DNA of 64,000 nucleotides from an uncultured Actinomycetes bacterium (lineage in GTDB: Bacteria > SZUA-79 > Acidulodesulfobacterales > Acidulodesulfobacteraceae): contig CAZVZU010000001.1 of NCBI GenBank assembly GCA_964631685.1, positions 128,001 to 192,000 on the forward strand. Direction: 5' to 3'. The translations under genes and the position numbers were made by a program. Positions within the stretch are counted from its first letter, which is position 1. Each line of letters starts with the position of its first letter. A model generated the notes under the pieces. The model saw only the letters and a program-made list of their open reading frames with translations, ran no database searches and was not told the origin of the DNA. Shown one piece after another: positions 50,577 to 62,169 of the stretch.

Positions 50577-51188
50577 ATGCATAAATTTGATGTTAGGAAA
50601 CACAAAAGGCTTAACTCAGAGGAAAGGTACAGACTTATGCCGCCGGAGCCCTTTGTGAAAGAAGTAGAAAAAGAGGCATTAGCTCATTTAGATGACGGAG
50701 AGGTGGCAACCATTGCAGATTTGGGCTGCGGTAGCGGTTTTTTTTCATTGCCCTTAATGAAGAGGCTTAAGAACAAAAACATTCTTCTCATTGCTATGGA
50801 CGTAAACGAAGAGATGCTAAGTATATTTGACGGGAACCTTAAAAAGGAGTCCGAAGAAAACTCTCTCAACGTTAAATCCCTTAAATGCGAAGAGTACTCT
50901 GTGCCTTTATCGGATTGTTCGATCAATATTCTCATATTGGCAAATGTTTTTCATGAAATTGAAGACAAACTGACCTATCTTCAGGAAATCAAAAGGGTCT
51001 TAATGGATGGCGGAAGTTTTTTTCTTTTGGATTGGAAAAAAGAGGATTTAAATCCGGTAATGGGACCGCCTTTACGTGAAAGGGTTGCAAACGAGTATGC
51101 CGTTAAATTGTTAAATGATGCCGGTTTTAGCGATATAAAAACAATTCCGCTTTACTCTTCATCTTTTGTTATAGTTTCTAAAAAGTGA
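50577..51188 (+). CDS. Class I SAM-dependent methyltransferase
   Basis: ADLGCGSGFF, VFHE, GPP. Confidence 0.88.
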   Translation: MHKFDVRKHKRLNSEERYRLMPPEPFVKEVEKEALAHLDDGEVATIADLGCGSGFFSLPLMKRLKNKNILLIAMDVNEEMLSIFDGNLKKESEENSLNVKSLKCEEYSVPLSDCSINILILANVFHEIEDKLTYLQEIKRVLMDGGSFFLLDWKKEDLNPVMGPPLRERVANEYAVKLLNDAGFSDIKTIPLYSSSFVIVSKK

Positions 51189-51221
51189 CGATAAAGGCTA
51201 AAAAAATTATATAATATTTGT

Positions 51222-52769
51222 GTGGATAAATTCAGTTCTCTTTTTTTAATTAAAATAGTCGAGACGGTAAATAATTTCAACCTTTTATCGTATGGGGACA
51301 GGGTTATAGTTGCTGTTAGTGGCGGGGTAGATTCCACCGTCTTGCTTTATTCTCTGTATGAATTAAGGCACTATTTTGGAATAAATCTGGCATGTGCATC
51401 ATTTGATCATGGGATAAGGGCTTCTTCAGGCGAAGATATCAAGTTCACGGCTGATTTATGTAAAAAATTTTCCATTCCGTTTTATACGCGGCGAGTCAAT
51501 GTTAAGGCTTACGCGCGGGATCTGGCATTAAATCTTGAAGAATCTGCAAGAATTTTAAGATATAATTTTCTGATGGAATCGGCTACGGATTTTGCCGCAG
51601 AAAAAATTGCAACTGCTCATCATTCGGATGATTTTGCCGAAAATTTCATTATGCGGCTAATTACGGGTGGGGGAAGTGGCGCTATAGCCGGAATTCCTGT
51701 AAAAAATAATATCGTTGTAAGGCCATTCATAAGGCATACCAAGGATGAAATTATTAATTTCGCATCCTGCAATTCTATAAAATATAAAGAGGACTATACG
51801 AATTATGACACTAAGATTTTTAGAAATTTTGTAAGATTAAATATAATTCCCCAGTTTAAGAGGCATAATAAATCATTTTTAAGGACAGTCTATAATACAT
51901 CAGCAATTTTAAGGAGCGATGATGAGTTTATAAACGATGCTGCAGAAAATTTATTCAATAATATTTCTCAACTATTTTTTGATCATTCACTTGCTTCAAC
52001 GCAGAGGGTATCAAGGATTGTTTTTAACAGAAACGATCTTGCAAATACACATCAAGCTTTGTTGTACAGATTATTGAAAATTTCTCTTCTTTCCCTAATG
52101 AAGTCCGATAATAATATAAATGATGGCGTGGCTTTTTTAAAAAAGACGGTAATTTCATATTCTCATTTTAAGTCTTTTATGGCACTGGTGAGAAGCAAAA
52201 AACCTAATATGTGTTTAGATATAAAACGACTGATATCAATAAGACGGGAATACGACAAGATTTATATTGAGCCGTTCGCATTGATGAATAAATTAAGTTT
52301 TAAATCATTTTATTTTGATCTTACTGGAGCAAATGGCAAGGAAACGGTGTATAAATATAAATTAAACGATTTGGATATAATGAAATATGCAAAGCATAAG
52401 GAAATTGCTAAAATAGAAATAAAAGAATTAGGTAAATCTTTTTTTATCAAAAGATTAAAAGATGGTGTATTTAAAAAAAAAGTTGCATCCATTCATCCTA
52501 ATGTTGCCTATTTTGATTTTGAAAGGCTCAATCTACCTATTACGATAAGGACTTTTAGGGATGGGGATGTATTTATGCCGCTAGGCCTGGGCGGACACAA
52601 AAAGGTAAAGAGTTATTATATCGACAAAAAGGTTCCGGCAAAAATGAGAAAAATTATTCCTATTATTCTGTTTAAAAACGAAATAGTATGGCTAAGCCTA
52701 AACTCTATAAGCGAAAGCATAAAAATAACCGAAGCTACCAAACATGTGGGTATAATGTATATCAAGTGA
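51222..52769 (+). CDS. tilS: tRNA(Ile)-lysidine synthetase
   Basis: AVSGGVDS, ARILRY, TAHHSDD, RN.VR, C-terminal TilS domain. Confidence 0.94.
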   Translation: MDKFSSLFLIKIVETVNNFNLLSYGDRVIVAVSGGVDSTVLLYSLYELRHYFGINLACASFDHGIRASSGEDIKFTADLCKKFSIPFYTRRVNVKAYARDLALNLEESARILRYNFLMESATDFAAEKIATAHHSDDFAENFIMRLITGGGSGAIAGIPVKNNIVVRPFIRHTKDEIINFASCNSIKYKEDYTNYDTKIFRNFVRLNIIPQFKRHNKSFLRTVYNTSAILRSDDEFINDAAENLFNNISQLFFDHSLASTQRVSRIVFNRNDLANTHQALLYRLLKISLLSLMKSDNNINDGVAFLKKTVISYSHFKSFMALVRSKKPNMCLDIKRLISIRREYDKIYIEPFALMNKLSFKSFYFDLTGANGKETVYKYKLNDLDIMKYAKHKEIAKIEIKELGKSFFIKRLKDGVFKKKVASIHPNVAYFDFERLNLPITIRTFRDGDVFMPLGLGGHKKVKSYYIDKKVPAKMRKIIPIILFKNEIVWLSLNSISESIKITEATKHVGIMYIK

Positions 52770-52849
52770 AGTTGTAAATAGTTATTGAAAAAAATATATA
52801 AATATGACATAGTTATAGTACTTAAAAGTTCAAGGAGGATAAACCGATT

Positions 52850-54715
52850 TTGGATCCAAGACTAAAAAACCTTTTGTTATGGGTTTTTATAATTTTTTTG
52901 ATGATTTTTATCTTTACTACTTTTAATCATCATCCGACAAAAATCAAAAGTGTTATATTTTCATCTTTATTAAAAGATATAAAATCCGGTAAGGTCAAGA
53001 GTGTTGTGATAGAATCTCATAATATAAAGGGGATCTATACAAACGGTAAAAAATTCAAGACATATGCTCCTACTTATCCGGGACTCATAACTGTTCTAGA
53101 AAAACATAATGTGGCGATAGACGCCAAACCTAAGCCCGGCTCTCCATGGTATTTTACATTTTTAATAGATTGGCTTCCTATGATAATTATTCTTCTTGCA
53201 TTCTGGTATTTTTTTTGGAGACAAATGCAAGGTGGATCGGGGAAGGCCATGTCTTTTGGAAGGTCTAAGGCAAAACTGACGAGTGATTCTGCTAATAAAG
53301 TTACATTTAAGGATGTTGCGGGCATAGAAGAGTCCAAACAAGAGCTTTTAGAAATAGTAGATTTCCTAAAAGATCCAAAGAAGTATACCAAATTGGGTGG
53401 CAGGATACCACACGGAGTTTTGCTTGTGGGTGCTCCAGGGACGGGTAAAACTCTTCTCGCAAAGGCGATTTCCGGTGAAGCAGGGGTTCCTTTTTTTAGT
53501 ATAAGCGGTTCCGACTTTGTTGAGATGTTTGTTGGAGTCGGCGCTTCTAGGGTGAGAGATCTTTTTGCTCAGGGCAAGAAAAACGCTCCATGTATAGTAT
53601 TTATTGATGAAATAGATGCTGTCGGAAGGCACAGAGGGGCGGGTCTCGGCGGCGGTCACGACGAGAGAGAACAAACGTTAAACCAGCTTCTTGTCGAAAT
53701 GGACGGATTTGAATCAAACGAAGGGGTTATCTTAATCGCAGCGACAAATAGGCCGGATGTTCTTGACCCCGCGCTTTTAAGACCGGGCAGGTTTGATAGG
53801 CAGGTTATGGTTCCAAAACCTGATATTAAAGGAAGAGAAGGTATATTAGGTGTGCATGCTAAAAATATTCCATTAGATAAAGATGTTGATTTAAAAGTAA
53901 TTGCAAGAGGTACCCCTGGTTTTTCAGGTGCAGATTTAGCCAATATGATGAATGAGGCTGCCCTATTTGCTGCAAGAAAAGGCGGATCTACGGTTAAGAT
54001 GAGCGATATGGAAGAGGCAAAGGATAAGGTTATGATGGGTACAGAAAGAAGAAGTATGGTTATTAGTGAAAAAGAGAAGAAGATAACCGCATATCATGAA
54101 GCGGGACATACACTTGTTGCCAAAATGCTTCCGGGAAGCGATCCTATTCATAAGGTTACCATAATTCCCAGGGGTATGGCCATGGGTCTTACCCAGCAAC
54201 TTCCGATTGATGAAAAGCATAACTATGATAAGGAATACCTATTGAATGAGATTGCAATTTTATTGGGCGGAAGAACCGCGGAAGAAGTAATATTTCACCA
54301 GATGACTACGGGCGCGTCTAATGATATAGAAAGAGCTACAGGCATTGCGAGAAAGATGGTATGTGAATGGGGTATGGGCGATCAATTAGGACCTGTTACC
54401 TATGGAAAAAAGGAAGAACAAATATTTTTAGGCAGAGAATTTGCACAACATAAGGATTACTCCGAAGCCACTGCCATTGCCATAGACGAAGAGGTTAAGC
54501 AAATTATATATGAGAATCATAAAAAGGCAAAAGAGATTCTTGATAGAGATATTGATATCCTAAAAGATATTGCAGAGATTTTAATTGAGAAAGAATCTCT
54601 AAGTGGCAAAGAAGTAGACAAAATTATATTTACTCATAGACCTGATTATAAATTCGATGATAATAGTGATACAAAGGCCTCTGGTAACGGTGTTGATTTA
54701 AATATAGAGGATTAA
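52850..54715 (+). CDS. ftsH: ATP-dependent zinc metalloprotease FtsH
   Basis: [11 protein letters not shown] motif, HEAGH, two N-terminal TM segments. Confidence 0.98.
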   Translation: MDPRLKNLLLWVFIIFLMIFIFTTFNHHPTKIKSVIFSSLLKDIKSGKVKSVVIESHNIKGIYTNGKKFKTYAPTYPGLITVLEKHNVAIDAKPKPGSPWYFTFLIDWLPMIIILLAFWYFFWRQMQGGSGKAMSFGRSKAKLTSDSANKVTFKDVAGIEESKQELLEIVDFLKDPKKYTKLGGRIPHGVLLVGAPGTGKTLLAKAISGEAGVPFFSISGSDFVEMFVGVGASRVRDLFAQGKKNAPCIVFIDEIDAVGRHRGAGLGGGHDEREQTLNQLLVEMDGFESNEGVILIAATNRPDVLDPALLRPGRFDRQVMVPKPDIKGREGILGVHAKNIPLDKDVDLKVIARGTPGFSGADLANMMNEAALFAARKGGSTVKMSDMEEAKDKVMMGTERRSMVISEKEKKITAYHEAGHTLVAKMLPGSDPIHKVTIIPRGMAMGLTQQLPIDEKHNYDKEYLLNEIAILLGGRTAEEVIFHQMTTGASNDIERATGIARKMVCEWGMGDQLGPVTYGKKEEQIFLGREFAQHKDYSEATAIAIDEEVKQIIYENHKKAKEILDRDIDILKDIAEILIEKESLSGKEVDKIIFTHRPDYKFDDNSDTKASGNGVDLNIED

Positions 54716-54744
54716 TTGTAAGTTTATATTACCGCTTTTAAAAT

Positions 54745-55959
54745 ATGCAAGCATACCTTGTAGATGTTTTTGACAGCCCTAATGCCGCAAACGAACTTAT
54801 AAATGTTGGCGTGTCTGCCTCCGGCGAGACTATCATGCGAGATAAGCTTAAGTTTATAGTCGTCAAGCTTAAAAATATCAACTCTATAGCTTTAAATATA
54901 CTCAAACAAGAGGCATTAAGTATCGGTGCTGAGTTAGCCAACCATAGGGATGTTATTACGGGCAAGATTGCCGTATCAGATAGTCTTCTGTTCGGTACAC
55001 CCGTTCAATTAAGAATCATAGTTAAAAAGATAAAGTTCCAAAAATTTGGGCTAGAGGAACTGTCCGACGATATAAACAATATTTTGATTTCAACCGATAA
55101 TATAACCCATAAGGTCTTAAAAACCAATAAAAAAGATATTGTCTTCAACGGAAAAACCTATATCATGGGTATACTTAATGTAACACCGGATTCTTTTTCC
55201 GATGGAGGTGATTATTTTAATAAAGATGCTGCGGTAAGGAAGGGTATAAAAATGGCGGAGGAAGGTGCCGATGTCATAGATGTTGGCGGAGAATCCACAA
55301 GGCCTGGAGCGGAAAAGGTTGATGAACAAAGTGAAATAGATAGAATATGTCCCGTGATAGAGGAATTATCAAAAATAGTCGACTTGCCGATTTCAGTAGA
55401 CACGCGAAAACCTGAGGTTGCAATAGAAGCGCTTAAAGCGGGTTCATCTATTATAAATGATGTTTCCGGCTTGAGTTATGACAAAGAGGGTATGAGTAGC
55501 GTCCTGATAGAAACTGGAGCAGCTTATATTCTCATGCATTCCCGCGAAAAATCACCGAAAGAGATGCAACGAAATTTAATGCCTTATACCGATATTCGTT
55601 ATGAGATATTGTCATATTTTAATAAAAAAATAGAATATTTAGCAAAGAAAGGGTATAGTACCGATAATATACTGATAGATCCAGGTTTTGGTTTTACAAA
55701 ATCAATTGATGATAATTATAGTATTTTATCAGACATTACATCGTTTAAATCCTTGGGATTACCTATTTTATGTGGTGTTTCCAGAAAATCATTCATTAAT
55801 ACCGTGACCGGAAAGAGAAAAAATATACTCTTAAACGGTGATATCTCTGTTGCCACATACATGAAACTAAAAAATGTGGATATGGTTAGGGTACACGATG
55901 TAAAACAAACAGCAACAGCCTTTGCCCTGCTAAATAAAATAACGAGGATATCTAATTAA
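54745..55959 (+). CDS. folP: Dihydropteroate synthase with N-terminal extension
   Basis: IMGILNVTPDSFSDGG, GGESTRPGA, SRKSF, RVHDV. Confidence 0.95.
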   Translation: MQAYLVDVFDSPNAANELINVGVSASGETIMRDKLKFIVVKLKNINSIALNILKQEALSIGAELANHRDVITGKIAVSDSLLFGTPVQLRIIVKKIKFQKFGLEELSDDINNILISTDNITHKVLKTNKKDIVFNGKTYIMGILNVTPDSFSDGGDYFNKDAAVRKGIKMAEEGADVIDVGGESTRPGAEKVDEQSEIDRICPVIEELSKIVDLPISVDTRKPEVAIEALKAGSSIINDVSGLSYDKEGMSSVLIETGAAYILMHSREKSPKEMQRNLMPYTDIRYEILSYFNKKIEYLAKKGYSTDNILIDPGFGFTKSIDDNYSILSDITSFKSLGLPILCGVSRKSFINTVTGKRKNILLNGDISVATYMKLKNVDMVRVHDVKQTATAFALLNKITRISN

Positions 55960-55983
55960 TTTGGAAAACACAAAAATCATATA

Positions 55984-56808
55984 ATGATTTCTCTCTTGCA
56001 AAATTTTGGCTGGTCGGATGTTCTGGATATAATAATAATTGCCTTTATTATTTACAGAGCAATAATGCTTATTAAGGGTACCGGTGCATTTCAGGTATTA
56101 GTAGGGCTTATAGTAATTTTTGGCATTTTTTTGATAGCTGTAATTCTTAAACTTCACGCAACAGAGTATATATTTGGTAATTTTTTAAGTTCTATTATTA
56201 TAGTGATTATAGTTCTATTTAGAAATGAGATACGAAGGGGTTTGATAGAGGTCGGAAAAAATCCTTTTGCCGTTGCGCAAAATAAATTAGAAAGAATCGG
56301 GCTCATAGAGGAAACTTCAAAGGCAGTTTTTGAATTAGCGTCTAGAAGAATAGGGGCAATTATAGTTTTTGAAAGAAATGTTTTTTTGGGTGATTATTTA
56401 AAAATAGGCATTAAGTTAGAATCTATAGTTTCAAAGGAGCTTTTAGTAAGCATTTTTACACCTCCATCGCCACTTCACGACGGCGCTGTTATTATTCAAA
56501 AGGGAAAAATAGCGGCAGCATCTTGTTATTTACCGTTATCAACCGAAGAGAATATAAATAAAAAATTTGGTACGCGGCATAGGGCTTCCATAGGGCTTTC
56601 TGAACTTACCGATGCACTTTCTGTTGTAATTTCCGAAGAAACGGGTAAAATTACTATTGTGCGTCCAAAAAAAATAGAAGAAATTCAAAAGAGCGATGTT
56701 TTAAGAAATAGACTTCTGACAAACTTAAATTACCAACAAGAGTATGAACAACCCTTAGTAAAAACGATATATGAACTTTTATTTGGAAAGAATGATGAGA
56801 ACCGCTAA
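55984..56808 (+). CDS. cdaA: Diadenylate cyclase CdaA/DacA
   Basis: Three TM segments, LHDGA, GTRHRA, SEETG. Confidence 0.95.
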   Translation: MISLLQNFGWSDVLDIIIIAFIIYRAIMLIKGTGAFQVLVGLIVIFGIFLIAVILKLHATEYIFGNFLSSIIIVIIVLFRNEIRRGLIEVGKNPFAVAQNKLERIGLIEETSKAVFELASRRIGAIIVFERNVFLGDYLKIGIKLESIVSKELLVSIFTPPSPLHDGAVIIQKGKIAAASCYLPLSTEENINKKFGTRHRASIGLSELTDALSVVISEETGKITIVRPKKIEEIQKSDVLRNRLLTNLNYQQEYEQPLVKTIYELLFGKNDENR

Positions 56809-57479
56809 TGAATAGAAATATAGAAAATTTATTTAAGAAAAATTTTTGGATAAAGCTATTTTCCTTGTGCATAGCAATTATTATTTGGGCTTATGTAATT
56901 GGGGGCAAAAAGCAGGATGTTGTCTATAATGCGGGATTAATTATCTATTCTCTTCCAAAGGGTTATGCCTTGAGCAATGTACTGCCAAGGAAAATTCATA
57001 TCAAATTGCGCGGCTCTAAAATTGCCCTGGCAAAGTTAGACAAAAAGATTGTCTTTAGAATTAACGGAAGCTCACTTCTTGGGAAAAAAAATACAGTTGT
57101 GTTAGGTAGGTCCTACTTAGATATTCCTTCGGACATAAGGATAATAACGATATATCCAAAGATAATACCTGTTACTATCAGCAGGATAGTCAGCCGTTAC
57201 CTAAAGGTGTTGCCAGTGACTATCGGAAAACTTCCGGCTGGTTATTATTTAAAAAACATAGATGTTTTTCCTCAATACGTTGAGGTTACAGGACCCAAAG
57301 ATGTAGTTAGCCACATGTCTGTTATTACTACAGAAAACATAAAATTAAATTATTATAAAAAAGGTGAATTAGTCAGGGTTGCATTAATAAAACCCACAAA
57401 ATTGGTAAAAATTTTGTATAATAAAAAAGTAAATGTCAGCTTTGCTATTGTGAAGTCAAGGAGATTAAACAGGCGATAA
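56808..57479 (+). CDS. cdaR: CdaR/YbbR-domain protein
   Basis: KLFSL..AIIIW anchor, YbbR-like repeats, located between cdaA and glmM. Confidence 0.85.
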   Translation: MNRNIENLFKKNFWIKLFSLCIAIIIWAYVIGGKKQDVVYNAGLIIYSLPKGYALSNVLPRKIHIKLRGSKIALAKLDKKIVFRINGSSLLGKKNTVVLGRSYLDIPSDIRIITIYPKIIPVTISRIVSRYLKVLPVTIGKLPAGYYLKNIDVFPQYVEVTGPKDVVSHMSVITTENIKLNYYKKGELVRVALIKPTKLVKILYNKKVNVSFAIVKSRRLNRR

Positions 57480-57522
57480 TAAAATTACCATAATGCAGTT
57501 CAGAAATAAGGATAGGCATAAT

Positions 57523-58893
57523 ATGGGCAAATTATTCGGTACCGATGGTGTTCGTGGGCAGGCGAATGGATATCCGTTAATACCTGATATTGTTGTAAAA
57601 TTAGGAATGGCTTTAGTTAGAGTTTTAAACTCTAAAGGGAAAAAGCTAAAGATAATTATAGGCAAAGATACAAGGATTTCGGGTTATATGCTGGAAACAG
57701 CACTTTCGTCTGGTATCTGTTCCATGGGTTCAGATGTTTATCTGGTAGGCCCAATGCCAACTCCCGGGGTTGCCTTTATAGCGTCGAGTATGAGGGCAGA
57801 TGCGGGCGTCGTCATTTCTGCATCCCATAATCCATTTTATGATAACGGTATTAAATTTTTTGATGGCGACGGATGCAAGTTTGATGATAAGGTAGAAGAT
57901 GAAATAGAAAAGTCACTCTTTTCTTCAATGCATAATACGGAAAAAGGTGGTCCCACCGGGGTAAATATAGGTAAGGCACACAGGATAGACGATGCAGTCG
58001 GTAGATATGTTATTTTTACCAAGCTTTCTTTTCCCAAAAATCTAACCCTGAATGGAATTAAAATGGTTTTAGATTGCGCCAACGGAGCAAGCTATAAGGT
58101 CGCTCCGGAGGTATTTAGAGAACTAGGCGGAGAGATAATATTAGACAGTGTCAGTCCGAATGGTTTGAATATTAATGATAATTGCGGTTCTACATATCCT
58201 CAAAATTTAAGCGCTTTAGTTAAAAAAAATGGTGCGGATATAGGAATGGCCTTTGATGGAGACGGTGATAGGGTAATTTTTAGTGATGAAAACGGGAAGA
58301 TTCTTTTAGGAGATGAATTCCTTGCAATATGCGCCTTGCATATGCATAAAGATGGTACATTAAAAAACAACGGAATAGTAACAACGCCTATGTCTAATAT
58401 AGCATTGGAACTATTATTAAAAAAACACGGAATTAAAACCGTTTATGCCAATGTTGGAGATAGGTATATCACAGAAAAGATGTTTCAATATGAATATAAT
58501 TTAGGCGGAGAACAGTCGGGGCATATTATATTTTCGGACAACATAAATACGGGAGATGGTATAATATCTGCATTAAAACTATTAGCCGTCATGGTAAAGT
58601 CCGGTTTGACTCTTTCAGAGTTAAGAAAAGATTTTATTCCATATCCTCAGGTTCTTTTTAATATTGATGTTCCATATAAAAAAGATATAAAGGAAATGCC
58701 AAAAGTAAACAATAAAATTGCTTACTTTAACAAGGCTCTAAAAAACAAGGGAAGAGTGTTCGTGAGATATTCTGGAACACAAAACTACTTAAGGGTTCTT
58801 GTTGAGGGCACAGACCATGACGAGATAAATAAAATAGGCATGGCAATTAAAGAAGAAATTGAAAAATATTTTGAAATAAACGGCAAAGCTTAA
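57523..58893 (+). CDS. glmM: Phosphoglucosamine mutase
   Basis: LFGTDGVRG, ISASHNP, FDGDGDR, GGEQSGH, RYSGT. Confidence 0.96.
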   Translation: MGKLFGTDGVRGQANGYPLIPDIVVKLGMALVRVLNSKGKKLKIIIGKDTRISGYMLETALSSGICSMGSDVYLVGPMPTPGVAFIASSMRADAGVVISASHNPFYDNGIKFFDGDGCKFDDKVEDEIEKSLFSSMHNTEKGGPTGVNIGKAHRIDDAVGRYVIFTKLSFPKNLTLNGIKMVLDCANGASYKVAPEVFRELGGEIILDSVSPNGLNINDNCGSTYPQNLSALVKKNGADIGMAFDGDGDRVIFSDENGKILLGDEFLAICALHMHKDGTLKNNGIVTTPMSNIALELLLKKHGIKTVYANVGDRYITEKMFQYEYNLGGEQSGHIIFSDNINTGDGIISALKLLAVMVKSGLTLSELRKDFIPYPQVLFNIDVPYKKDIKEMPKVNNKIAYFNKALKNKGRVFVRYSGTQNYLRVLVEGTDHDEINKIGMAIKEEIEKYFEINGKA

Positions 58894-58913
58894 TAAGGGA
58901 GAGATTATATATT

Positions 58914-59660
58914 ATGGAACTTGGCGTCAATATAGATCATATAGCAACTCTAAGAAATGCAAGGGGTGGGATTTTTCCGTCTCCCGTACACGCCGCTTTT
59001 GTTGCGCTTGAGGCAGGCGCATCCAATATAACCTGTCATCTAAGAGAGGATAGGAGGCACATAAAAGACGATGATGTAAAGATTATATCTTCTTTAACTA
59101 AAAGGCTCAATTTGGAAATGGCGGCAGAAGATGAGATAATTAATATAGCATTGGAGATTTTACCAAGAAGCGTTACCCTTGTTCCTGAAAGAAGGCAGGA
59201 GCTTACCACTGAGGGCGGACTTAATGTTTTAAAGGATATAAGAAAATATGAAGAGATAAATAAAGGATTTAAGTCTAAAGGGATCATCATATCAGCATTC
59301 ATAGACCCGAATTTAGAACAGGTTGAGGCTTCAAAAAAGGCCGGATTCGATTTTATTGAGATTCATACCGGAAGTTATGCTAATGAAGCCGGCCAGAAAG
59401 AAAAGTTGTTTGAACTTGGCAAGATAAAGGCATCTATATATTTAGCGCTAGAACTTCAATTAGGAGTGAATGCGGGACATGGGTTAGATTATAAAAACGT
59501 ATATGATATTGCATTTATTGATGGTATTTTTGAATTTAATATAGGTTTTTCCATTGTATCACATTCGCTGTTTGTCGGGTTAGAAACAGCTGTGAAAGAG
59601 ATGGTGCAAATAATAAAATCCGCCGAATTAGCAAAATTAAAAAACGTTGAAGGAATCTAA
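58914..59660 (+). CDS. pdxJ: Pyridoxine 5'-phosphate synthase
   Basis: LGVNIDHIATLRNAR, HLREDRRHI, TTEGGL, AGHGL. Confidence 0.97.
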   Translation: MELGVNIDHIATLRNARGGIFPSPVHAAFVALEAGASNITCHLREDRRHIKDDDVKIISSLTKRLNLEMAAEDEIINIALEILPRSVTLVPERRQELTTEGGLNVLKDIRKYEEINKGFKSKGIIISAFIDPNLEQVEASKKAGFDFIEIHTGSYANEAGQKEKLFELGKIKASIYLALELQLGVNAGHGLDYKNVYDIAFIDGIFEFNIGFSIVSHSLFVGLETAVKEMVQIIKSAELAKLKNVEGI

Positions 59661-59662
59661 CA

Positions 59663-60064
59663 TTGACGGAAGGGATCGGGGTAGATTTAGTTTCAATAGA
59701 AAGGATAAGGAAGGCGCTCTATTTGCGGGAAAAAAAGTTTTTAAGTAGGGTTTGTTCTGACGAGGAATATCAAATAATACAGGAAATAAAAAGCAAAAAT
59801 GTCAGAAGGTCCATCCAGAAAATAGCCGGATTTTTTGCGGCGAAGGAGGCTTTCTTAAAGGCTGTGGGCGGCGGACTTTTTTCTATACCATTTAAAAATA
59901 TATCAATTTTAAACGAAAAAAGCGGAAAGCCATATGTTAAGATTGACGGCGGACTTAAGGATCTGATTTATAAAAAATTTAAGAAAAGATTCGATGTCGT
60001 CAATTTAAGCATAACACATGAGAGCGGATTTGCTTGTGCTTTTGTGGTAATAGAAAGGCTATAA
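59663..60064 (+). CDS. acpS: Holo-ACP synthase
   Basis: GIGVDLV, FAAKEAFLKA, GKP, LSITHE. Confidence 0.95.
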   Translation: MTEGIGVDLVSIERIRKALYLREKKFLSRVCSDEEYQIIQEIKSKNVRRSIQKIAGFFAAKEAFLKAVGGGLFSIPFKNISILNEKSGKPYVKIDGGLKDLIYKKFKKRFDVVNLSITHESGFACAFVVIERL

Positions 60065-60065
60065 A

Positions 60066-61664
60066 ATGAAGCTGTACTTTTCTGAAAATTTAAAAAAAAT
60101 AGACAAAGAAAGCTATGATGTTTTTGGCTATTCTGAGCGCGTATTAATGGAGAATGCCGGGGGTGGATGTTATAGGGAATTTTTAAAATTATATGATGAA
60201 GATTTTTTAAAAAAAGCAAGCATAGTCGTTATATGTGGTAAGAGTAATAACGGTGGCGATGGATTTGTTTTATCCCGGTATCTTTTTAACAATGGATTGA
60301 ATGTAAAAACCATAGTTTTATCAAATAAAGATTTATATAAAGGTGCGGCAAGAAACAACTTGGATACTTTAATACGGCTGGGTGCCGAAGTTGTAGAAAT
60401 ATCAAGTCAAACACGTTCGTCCCTATTACCGGATATTTTTGAACATGCCGATGTTTTAGTTGATGCGATCTTTGGTGTTGGGTTAAATAGAGAAATTAAA
60501 GGTTTCTTTAAAGAGGTCATAGAGCTGTTAAATAATAAAAGCGAAATGACAGACTCAGATGTAATATGCATTGATGTGCCGAGTGGTTTAAATTCAGATA
60601 ACGGAAAATTTATGGGCGTTTCAGTAAAAAATCGGATAAAACGAGTTTTTACCCTTGGAGGATCGAAGGTCGGATTTTATATCAATGAAGGGGAAAAGCT
60701 TTTATTAGATGAAAAGGTAACGTTAATAAATATAAATCAACCGGTAGTATTACTTGAGAAATATTGTTCTAAAATTGAAGTGCTGTCGGAAAGCGATGTT
60801 GTGTCCTTAATGCCAGCAAGACAACATACCGCTGTAAAATTTGACTATGGTCATTTGCTTGTTATTGCCGGTAGTTATGGAAAGAGCGGGGCGGCGTACA
60901 TGTCTTCCTTAGCTGGATTTAAGGGCGGAGCCGGTCTCGTAACAGCCGCGGTTCCCTCAAGTCTAAACAATATCATGGAAATGAAAACAACAGAGATTAT
61001 GACATATCCTGTTTTTGATGACAACGAAGGATTTTTTGTTGAAAAAAGCGCTGCGGATATAGTAAATAATGTACTAAAAGGTAAAACCGCTGTTGTAATT
61101 GGTCCGGGTATCGGTTTAAATTTGAAAACAAAACTGTTTTTACGCAGATTACTTCCGGAGATAAACGTTCCTATAATTATTGATGCGGACGCACTGAATA
61201 TCTTATCGGAAGATTTAGACATATTAAGAGATATTAAAAGTAAAAAAGATATAATATTGACCCCTCATTTTAAAGAAATGGAGAGGTTAACAGGGGTGGA
61301 TAGGAGAATTATAGCCGAAGATCCATTAAAAGCAGGATTAGAGTTTACTGAAGAGTCTGGAGCATATTTGATTCTTAAGGATTCTAGCATGTTTATTTTC
61401 AATAAAAACGCCGTAGATGTGAGCATACAGACTAAACACTCTTCTCTTATGGCAAGTGGCGGAAGCGGGGATGTTTTAAGCGGTATCATAGGGTCGTTTA
61501 TTTGCCAAGGAATGCCTTTATACGACGCGATGAAGGTTGCCTCCTACATCATTGTCTATTCAGCTAAAGATTTAAGCTTAAGGTGCGGAGATTTCGGGGT
61601 TGGAGCCGCGGAAATTGCTCGTAATATTCCTTATGCTACAAAAAAACTAAGAAATCTCAATTAA
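60066..61664 (+). CDS. nnr: Bifunctional NAD(P)HX epimerase/dehydratase (YjeF)
   Basis: LMENAG, NNGGDG, DVPSG, GPGIG, DADAL, TPH, GGSGDVLSG. Confidence 0.95.
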   Translation: MKLYFSENLKKIDKESYDVFGYSERVLMENAGGGCYREFLKLYDEDFLKKASIVVICGKSNNGGDGFVLSRYLFNNGLNVKTIVLSNKDLYKGAARNNLDTLIRLGAEVVEISSQTRSSLLPDIFEHADVLVDAIFGVGLNREIKGFFKEVIELLNNKSEMTDSDVICIDVPSGLNSDNGKFMGVSVKNRIKRVFTLGGSKVGFYINEGEKLLLDEKVTLININQPVVLLEKYCSKIEVLSESDVVSLMPARQHTAVKFDYGHLLVIAGSYGKSGAAYMSSLAGFKGGAGLVTAAVPSSLNNIMEMKTTEIMTYPVFDDNEGFFVEKSAADIVNNVLKGKTAVVIGPGIGLNLKTKLFLRRLLPEINVPIIIDADALNILSEDLDILRDIKSKKDIILTPHFKEMERLTGVDRRIIAEDPLKAGLEFTEESGAYLILKDSSMFIFNKNAVDVSIQTKHSSLMASGGSGDVLSGIIGSFICQGMPLYDAMKVASYIIVYSAKDLSLRCGDFGVGAAEIARNIPYATKKLRNLN

Positions 61665-61699
61665 TAAACATTAATTTAAACATAAGAGGGGTAAAAAGA

Positions 61700-62167
61700 A
61701 TGCTTAAGGCAAAAGATATAATGGCAAAGAATGTCATTGTTGCGAATGAAGATGATGAAATAAAAAAGGCGGCGGATATATTTTTAAAGCATAAAATAAA
61801 TGCAATCCCTATAGTCGACAAAAATAAAAAATTGAAAGGAATAGTGTCTGAAACGGATCTTGTATACCAGGATGCCAATCTTCATATTCCCACAATTTTT
61901 ACCATCTTTGACAGTATTTTTTATCTGGGAGGTTTTAAGCATTTCAAGGAAGATGTAAATAAGATAACCGCAACAAAGATAAAGGATATAATGAATAAGG
62001 ATGTATTTTTTATCAAAGAAGATGAGAATATATTCAATATTGCTACGGTGATTGCAGATAAAAAGTTTTATTCTATTCCTGTTGTAAACGATGACATGGA
62101 TATTATTGGTATAGTATCAAGATATGATATTATTAAATCCATGTCATCTAAAAAGAGAGAGACATAA
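61700..62167 (+). CDS. CBS-pair domain protein
   Basis: AKDIM, IPIVD...GIVSETDL, IPVV...GIVSRYD. Confidence 0.9.
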   Translation: MLKAKDIMAKNVIVANEDDEIKKAADIFLKHKINAIPIVDKNKKLKGIVSETDLVYQDANLHIPTIFTIFDSIFYLGGFKHFKEDVNKITATKIKDIMNKDVFFIKEDENIFNIATVIADKKFYSIPVVNDDMDIIGIVSRYDIIKSMSSKKRET

Positions 62168-62169
62168 AG

